A stretch of DNA of 64,000 nucleotides. Origin: Actinomycetota bacterium (lineage in GTDB: Bacteria; Actinomycetota; Actinomycetes; Mycobacteriales; JACQDL01). Shown here piece by piece: positions 59,608 through 64,000 of the stretch (positions are counted from its first letter, which is position 1; each line of letters starts with the position of its first letter). A program made the translations under genes and the position numbers. Where the stretch lies: contig JACQDL010000039.1 of assembly GCA_016201065.1 (NCBI GenBank), forward strand, positions 1,870-65,869, in the 5' to 3' direction. The notes beneath the pieces were generated by a model. That model saw nothing but the letters and a program-made list of their open reading frames with translations. It was not told where the DNA came from and made no database searches.

Positions 59608-61796
59608 GGCAGCACCTCCGGGGTGGCTCCGGCGACCCGGGTCACGCTCACCGCGCAGACCTTGACCTCGGGCATCCGGCTGATGGGGTCCAGCGTGTCG
59701 TTGGTGACCTCGTTGGCGCCGCCGGGTCCGGCCCAGTGGAACGGCACGAACACGGTGTCCGGCCGGACCGTGTCGGTGAGCCGGGCCGGGGCGACGAGGC
59801 TGCCCCGGACGCTGGTGACCCGGACCGTGTCGCCGTCGGCGATGTCGCTGCGCGCGGCCAGGTCGGGATGGATCTCGACGTACGGGCCGGGCACCGCGGC
59901 GACCAGCTCGGCGACCCGCCGGGTCTGCGCCCCCGACTGGTAGTGCTGGAGCACCCGGCCGGTGATCAGGTACGTCGGCGCGTCCGCGCGCAGGTCGTCG
60001 GCGACCGGCCGATGGTCGACGGCGACGAACCGGGCCCGGCCGTCCGGGGTGCCGAACCGGTCCAGGAACATCCGCGGGGTGCCCGGGTGCGCCGCCTCGG
60101 GGCACGGCCAGAACAGCTCCTCCCCCGCGTCGAGGCGCGCGTACGAGACCCCGGCGTAGTCGGCGGGGCCACCCGAGCTGGCCCGGCCCAGCTCGTCGAA
60201 GACCGCCGACGGTTCGGTGCCGATCACCCCGGGGTGGCCGAGCCGGTCGGCGAGGCCGGCGAGGACCGCCAGGTCGCTGCGCGCACCGGGTGGTGGCCGC
60301 ACCGCCTCGCGGCGGCGCACGATCCGTCCCTCCAGGGTGGTCATCGTGCCGTCCTCCTCGGCCCACTGGGTGACCGGCAGCACGACGTCGGCGAGCAGTG
60401 CCGTCTCGCTGGGCACGACGTCGCTGACGACGAGCAGCTCCAGCGAGCGCAGCCGGTCGACGATCGCGGCGGACCGCGGGACCGAGACGACGACGTTGCT
60501 GCCGTGCACCAGCAGCACCGTCGGCCCGCCGGGGGTGCCGAGCGCGTGCAGCAGCTCGACCGCGGACCGGCCGGGCGCGGGCAGGCTGGCCGGGTCGACG
60601 CCCCAGACGGCGGCGACGTGGGCCCGGGCCGCCGGGTCGTCGAGCTTGCGGTAGCCGGGGAGCTGGTCGGCCTTCTGGCCGTGCTCCCGGCCACCCTGCC
60701 CGTTGCCCTGGCCGGTGAGGCAGCCGTAGCCGCTGCCGACCCGGCCGGGCAGGCCGAGCGCGAGGGCGAGGTCGATGCACGCCGAGACCGTGTCGGTGCC
60801 CTTCGCGTGCTGCTCGGCACCGCGCCCGGTGAGCAGGTAGGCGCCACGCCCACCGCGGGCCGGCGCGGCAGCCGCGAGCCGGCGGGCCGCACCGCGCAGG
60901 GTGCCGGCGGGCACGCCGGTGACGCCCTCCACCCGCTCCGGCCACCACGCCGCGACGGAACGCCGGACCGCGTCGTACCCGGTCGTGCGGTCGGCGATGT
61001 AGCCGGCGTCGACCAGCCCCTCGTGCACGACGACGTGCAGCAGGCCGAGCAGCAGCGCCAGGTCGGTGCCGGGGACGTTGGGCAGGTGCAGGCCGCCGCC
61101 GTCCTCGGCGAACGCCGCCGTGGCGGTGCGCCGGGGGTCGATGACGATGAGGCCGCCCCGCCCGGCCGGGCCGGCCAGGTGCGCCAGCGCGGGGGGCATC
61201 GTCTCGGCGATGTTGCTGCCGACCAGCAGCACGGCGTCGGCACTGCCGACGTCGGCCAGCGGGAACGGCAGCCCACGGTCCACCCCGAACGCCCGGATGC
61301 CGGCCGCGGCGGCCGACGACATGCAGAACCGGCCGTTGTAGTCGATCTGGGCGGTGCCGAGGACGACCCGGGCGAACTTCCCCAGCGCGTAGGCCTTCTC
61401 ATTCGTCAGCCCACCGCCACCGAAGACCGCGACCGCGTCCGGGCCGCCAGCCGCGCGCGCCCGCACGATGCCGGCCGCGACGAGGTCCAGCGCCCGGTCC
61501 CAGCCCACCGGGACGAGCTCGTCGCCCGCCGGGCCGCCCGCGCCGAGAAGGCGGCCCCGGACCAGCGGCGTGGTCAGCCGGTCCGGGGCGCGCAGGACGG
61601 CGGCGGCGGTCCACCCCTTCTGGCACAGGCCGCCGCGGTTGGTGGGGAAGTCGCGCCCGTCCACCCGCACCGCGCCGCCGGGTGCCCCGCCGCCGCCCGT
61701 CTCGTCGACGGTGAGCGTGGTGGCGCACTGCAGCGCGCAGTACGGGCAGTGGGTCGCCACCGCGGTCCCGGTGGCGAGCGCGGTCATCTCAGGCAC
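59604..61796 (-). CDS. nasA: assimilatory nitrate reductase catalytic subunit (molybdopterin oxidoreductase)
   Basis: ORF 59604..61796. N-terminal 4Fe-4S motif HCPYCALQCATTL...NRGGLCQKG. MopB and C-terminal molybdopterin-binding domains are present. Confidence 0.92.
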   Translation of the reverse strand: MPEMTALATGTAVATHCPYCALQCATTLTVDETGGGGAPGGAVRVDGRDFPTNRGGLCQKGWTAAAVLRAPDRLTTPLVRGRLLGAGGPAGDELVPVGWDRALDLVAAGIVRARAAGGPDAVAVFGGGGLTNEKAYALGKFARVVLGTAQIDYNGRFCMSSAAAAGIRAFGVDRGLPFPLADVGSADAVLLVGSNIAETMPPALAHLAGPAGRGGLIVIDPRRTATAAFAEDGGGLHLPNVPGTDLALLLGLLHVVVHEGLVDAGYIADRTTGYDAVRRSVAAWWPERVEGVTGVPAGTLRGAARRLAAAAPARGGRGAYLLTGRGAEQHAKGTDTVSACIDLALALGLPGRVGSGYGCLTGQGNGQGGREHGQKADQLPGYRKLDDPAARAHVAAVWGVDPASLPAPGRSAVELLHALGTPGGPTVLLVHGSNVVVSVPRSAAIVDRLRSLELLVVSDVVPSETALLADVVLPVTQWAEEDGTMTTLEGRIVRRREAVRPPPGARSDLAVLAGLADRLGHPGVIGTEPSAVFDELGRASSGGPADYAGVSYARLDAGEELFWPCPEAAHPGTPRMFLDRFGTPDGRARFVAVDHRPVADDLRADAPTYLITGRVLQHYQSGAQTRRVAELVAAVPGPYVEIHPDLAARSDIADGDTVRVTSVRGSLVAPARLTDTVRPDTVFVPFHWAGPGGANEVTNDTLDPISRMPEVKVCAVSVTRVAGATPEVLP

Positions 61797-63141
61797 CGAT
61801 CCCGGTGAGCCGACCTCCGGGGCGCAGGTAGGCCACCCAGGTCAGGACCAGCATCGCCGCGAACATGCCGACGTAGAAGCGGAGGGCGGGCTGGATGCTG
61901 CCGGTCGCGGAGACCGACCAGGCGTAGAAGAGCGGCACCAGGAACCCGCCGAACGCGCCGACCGCCGAGATGATGCCGAGCGCACCAGCCGCCTCCCGCT
62001 TCATCGCCAGCCGGTTGCCCGCGGTGCCCTCCATCGCCCGGAAGACCGCGGGGACCATCCGGTACGTCGAGCCGTTGCCGATCCCGGTGGCCGCGAACAG
62101 TGCCAGGAAGCTGCCGAAGAACAGCCCGAGGTCGTGTCGCTGCACCGACAGCAGCGCGCCGACCGCACCCGCCACCATCAGCGCGAACGAGTAGACGGTG
62201 ATCAGCGCGCCGCCGTACCGGTCGGCCAGCCGGCCACCGATCGGGCGGGCCGCCGAACCCACCAGCGCGCCGAGGAAGCCCCAGACCAGCGCGATGTCGC
62301 GACGGTGGAACGCGGTGGACAGCAGGGTCGGGAACGCCGAGGAGTAGCCGATGAACGAACCGAAGGTGCCGATGTACAGAACCGACAGCAGCCAGGTCTG
62401 GCCACGCCTCGCGGCCCGCGCGGTCGAGCCGACATCGGCCTTGGCCTCGTGCAGGTTGTCCATGAACAGGAAGGCCAGGACGGCGGCGACAACCGCGAGC
62501 GGGACGTACATCAGGCCGGCCCGGGCCAGCGCGAGCCCACCCCCGGCGACCACGACCAGCGGTACCGCCTTCTGCACCACGGCGACCCCGACGTTGCCAC
62601 CGGCGGCGTTCAGCCCGAGCGCCCACCCCTTCTCCGACTCCGGGTAGAAGAAGGAGATGTTGGCCATGCTGGAGGCGAAGTTGCCACCACCCAGGCCGGC
62701 CGTGGCGGCCACCGCGAGCAGCACGCCGTAGGAGGTGGTCGGATCGCTGACCGCCCAGGCGAGGCCGAGCGAGGGCACGAGCAACAGCAGTGCCGAGATC
62801 ACGGTCCAGTTCCGCCCGCCGAAGATCGGCACGGCGAAGGTGTACGGCAGCCGCAGCACCGCGCCGACACCGCTCGGGACGGCCGTGAGCGCGAGCTGCT
62901 GACCGACGCTGAGGTGGAAGCCGGCGCTGTTGAGCCGGACGACGACGATGCTCCACAGCAGCCAGACCGAGAAGCCGAGGTGCTCGGCGAAGATCGAGAA
63001 GATCAGGTTGCGCCGGGCGATCCGCCGCCCGGTGGACTCCCAGAACGCCGGGTCCTCGGGGTCCCAGTCGTGCAGCCAGCGCCCGGTCCGGGCCGGGCGG
63101 CTGTCGACGACAGCAGTGGTCGAGGTCGTGGTGGTGGCCAA
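61789..63141 (-). CDS. narK: nitrate/nitrite transporter (MFS, NarK/NasA family)
   Basis: ORF 61789..63141. TTG start preceded by GAGGAG. Carries WDPEDPAFWESTGRRIARRNLIFSIFAEHLGFSVW, GGRNWT and GLGGGNFASSMANISFFYP (nitrate signature motifs). Confidence 0.93.
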   Translation of the reverse strand: MATTTTSTTAVVDSRPARTGRWLHDWDPEDPAFWESTGRRIARRNLIFSIFAEHLGFSVWLLWSIVVVRLNSAGFHLSVGQQLALTAVPSGVGAVLRLPYTFAVPIFGGRNWTVISALLLLVPSLGLAWAVSDPTTSYGVLLAVAATAGLGGGNFASSMANISFFYPESEKGWALGLNAAGGNVGVAVVQKAVPLVVVAGGGLALARAGLMYVPLAVVAAVLAFLFMDNLHEAKADVGSTARAARRGQTWLLSVLYIGTFGSFIGYSSAFPTLLSTAFHRRDIALVWGFLGALVGSAARPIGGRLADRYGGALITVYSFALMVAGAVGALLSVQRHDLGLFFGSFLALFAATGIGNGSTYRMVPAVFRAMEGTAGNRLAMKREAAGALGIISAVGAFGGFLVPLFYAWSVSATGSIQPALRFYVGMFAAMLVLTWVAYLRPGGRLTGIGA

Positions 63142-63213
63142 GGCAACTCCTCATGAGGATGCCGTTCCCCCGCCAGGTCCGGCGGCGCAGTCACCACGAC
63201 GCTAGGAGCGGAA

Positions 63214-63252
63214 GTTACCCGGACCGGTCACGAGCGGTTACGCGAGCGAAAC
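63214..63252. promoter_or_regulatory. GlnR-box-like repeats upstream of narK: GTTAC-N8-GTCAC-N5-GTTAC-N6-GAAAC
   Basis: GTTAC 63214-18, GTCAC 63227-31, GTTAC 63237-41, GAAAC 63248-52. The last pair matches the actinobacterial GlnR consensus gTnAc-N6-GaAAc exactly. The site lies 73-111 nt upstream of the narK start and overlaps the 3' end of the PAP2 gene. Confidence 0.45.
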
Positions 63253-63988
63253 GTTGTGCGCACATCCGCCGGGGCCGGTTGTGAGGGCGCCGGGCGACCA
63301 CGATCATGAGACCGAGCCAGCCGGCGCCGAGTGCCCAGCCGCCGATCACGTCGCTGGCCCAGTGCGCGCCGAGGTAGACCCGGGAGGCGCCGACCAGCCC
63401 GGCGGTGGCCAACGCGGCGGTCCACAGGGCGATCCTCTGGCTCCGCGCCGGGATCCGGGCCACGAGCAGCCAGGCCAGCGCCCCATAGCTGACTGCCTGG
63501 ACGGTATGTCCGGACGGGAAGGCATAGCCGGGTGCCGGCTCCAGCATCAGCGCGGCCGATGGTCGCGGGCGCGCCACGGCCGCCTTGACCACCGCGTCGA
63601 GCAACGCCGCCCCCAACGAGACGGCGGCCAGCCACCCCAGCGGGCGCCACGACCCGCCGACCCGCCGCAGTCCAAGCCCCGCGGCAACGATCGCGGCGGC
63701 CATCACCGGGCCGGAGCCAGCGCGGGTGACGGCGCGCATCACGGCCGTGAGCCAGCCGGAGCGGTGCTCGACCGCGAACCTGGTGACCGCCGGGTCGAGC
63801 CGAGCGATGCCCGTCCCGGTCCGCACCCACGCCAGCGTCAGCGCGAACGCGCATGCGGCGACCACGAGCGCCGCGAGCGCGGGACGCACGCTCCGCCCGC
63901 GCACCACGACGAAGGGCATGAGCGAGCCTACCCGGAAGTACTCGATCACCAGGCCAAGCGCGACGCCCTGCGGCGTGCCCGCGAGCAA
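63215..63988 (-). CDS. PAP2-family phosphatase (phosphatidic acid phosphatase type 2 / undecaprenyl-PP phosphatase-like)
   Basis: ORF 63215..63988. PAP2 motifs PSGH and SRVYLGAHWASDV are present. Polytopic. The start is possibly internal (MPFVVVRG, about 63919). Confidence 0.8.
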   Translation of the reverse strand: MLAGTPQGVALGLVIEYFRVGSLMPFVVVRGRSVRPALAALVVAACAFALTLAWVRTGTGIARLDPAVTRFAVEHRSGWLTAVMRAVTRAGSGPVMAAAIVAAGLGLRRVGGSWRPLGWLAAVSLGAALLDAVVKAAVARPRPSAALMLEPAPGYAFPSGHTVQAVSYGALAWLLVARIPARSQRIALWTAALATAGLVGASRVYLGAHWASDVIGGWALGAGWLGLMIVVARRPHNRPRRMCAQRFARVTARDRSG

Positions 63989-64000
63989 CAGAGCGGCTCC

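Noticed and set aside
58009-60948. 979-aa ORF suggesting a giant reductase
   Set aside because: Homology to FAD/NAD(P)H reductases starts at the internal ATG 59607, which forms an ATGA overlap with the nasA stop. The upstream 447 codons are an off-frame read-through of nasA.

Overview
High-GC (about 70%+ by eye) actinobacterial chromosomal window, almost entirely coding, with most genes on the minus strand. The function calls rest on my own recognition of protein motifs in the supplied ORF translations plus hand translation. No database search was run. Motif and repeat coordinates found by hand may be off by 1-2 nt.

Layout, from window start to end:
1. A partial mpg gene, then a Mycobacterium-type argCJBDFRGH operon (569-9159) with an ARG-box-like site at its 5' end.
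2. pheST, an orphan PAS histidine kinase, trmH, and rplT-rpmI-infC. infC uses a non-canonical ATC start that the ORF track missed.
3. A PH-domain membrane protein, hisG, and ribE-ribBA-ribH behind a clear FMN riboswitch.
4. A tight four-gene operon at 21.1-27.2 kb: hyuA, hyuB, carbamate kinase, and an AtzD/barbiturase-family ring-opening amidohydrolase. This is my best candidate for an undescribed catabolic system.
5. A mosaic accessory island at 27.3-35.4 kb. It holds a YdjM-like hydrolase, a lower-GC PstI/BsuBI-like R-M pair, a WhiJ-like XRE/DUF397 pair, a DUF3846 gene, and a 1.76-kb insert bounded by 50-bp direct repeats. The insert carries an epoxide-hydrolase fragment and a DUF4143 AAA ATPase. 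A CN-hydrolase gene closes the island.
6. mprA-mprB-pepD, a VOC protein and an EamA transporter.
7. A visibly lower-GC Wzx/Wzy-type polysaccharide locus at 41.0-53.1 kb with an IS66-family scar.
8. A seven-gene, translationally coupled nitrate/nitrite assimilation operon, narK-nasA-nasB-like-nirB-nirD-nnaR-cbiX, with GlnR-box-like repeats upstream, then a PAP2 phosphatase.

Short perfect or near-perfect tandem duplications recur at gene junctions, with units of 26, 17, about 30, 18 and 23 bp. One of them builds a relay of coupled mini-ORFs between argC and argJ. I found no rRNA, tRNA or CRISPR array.
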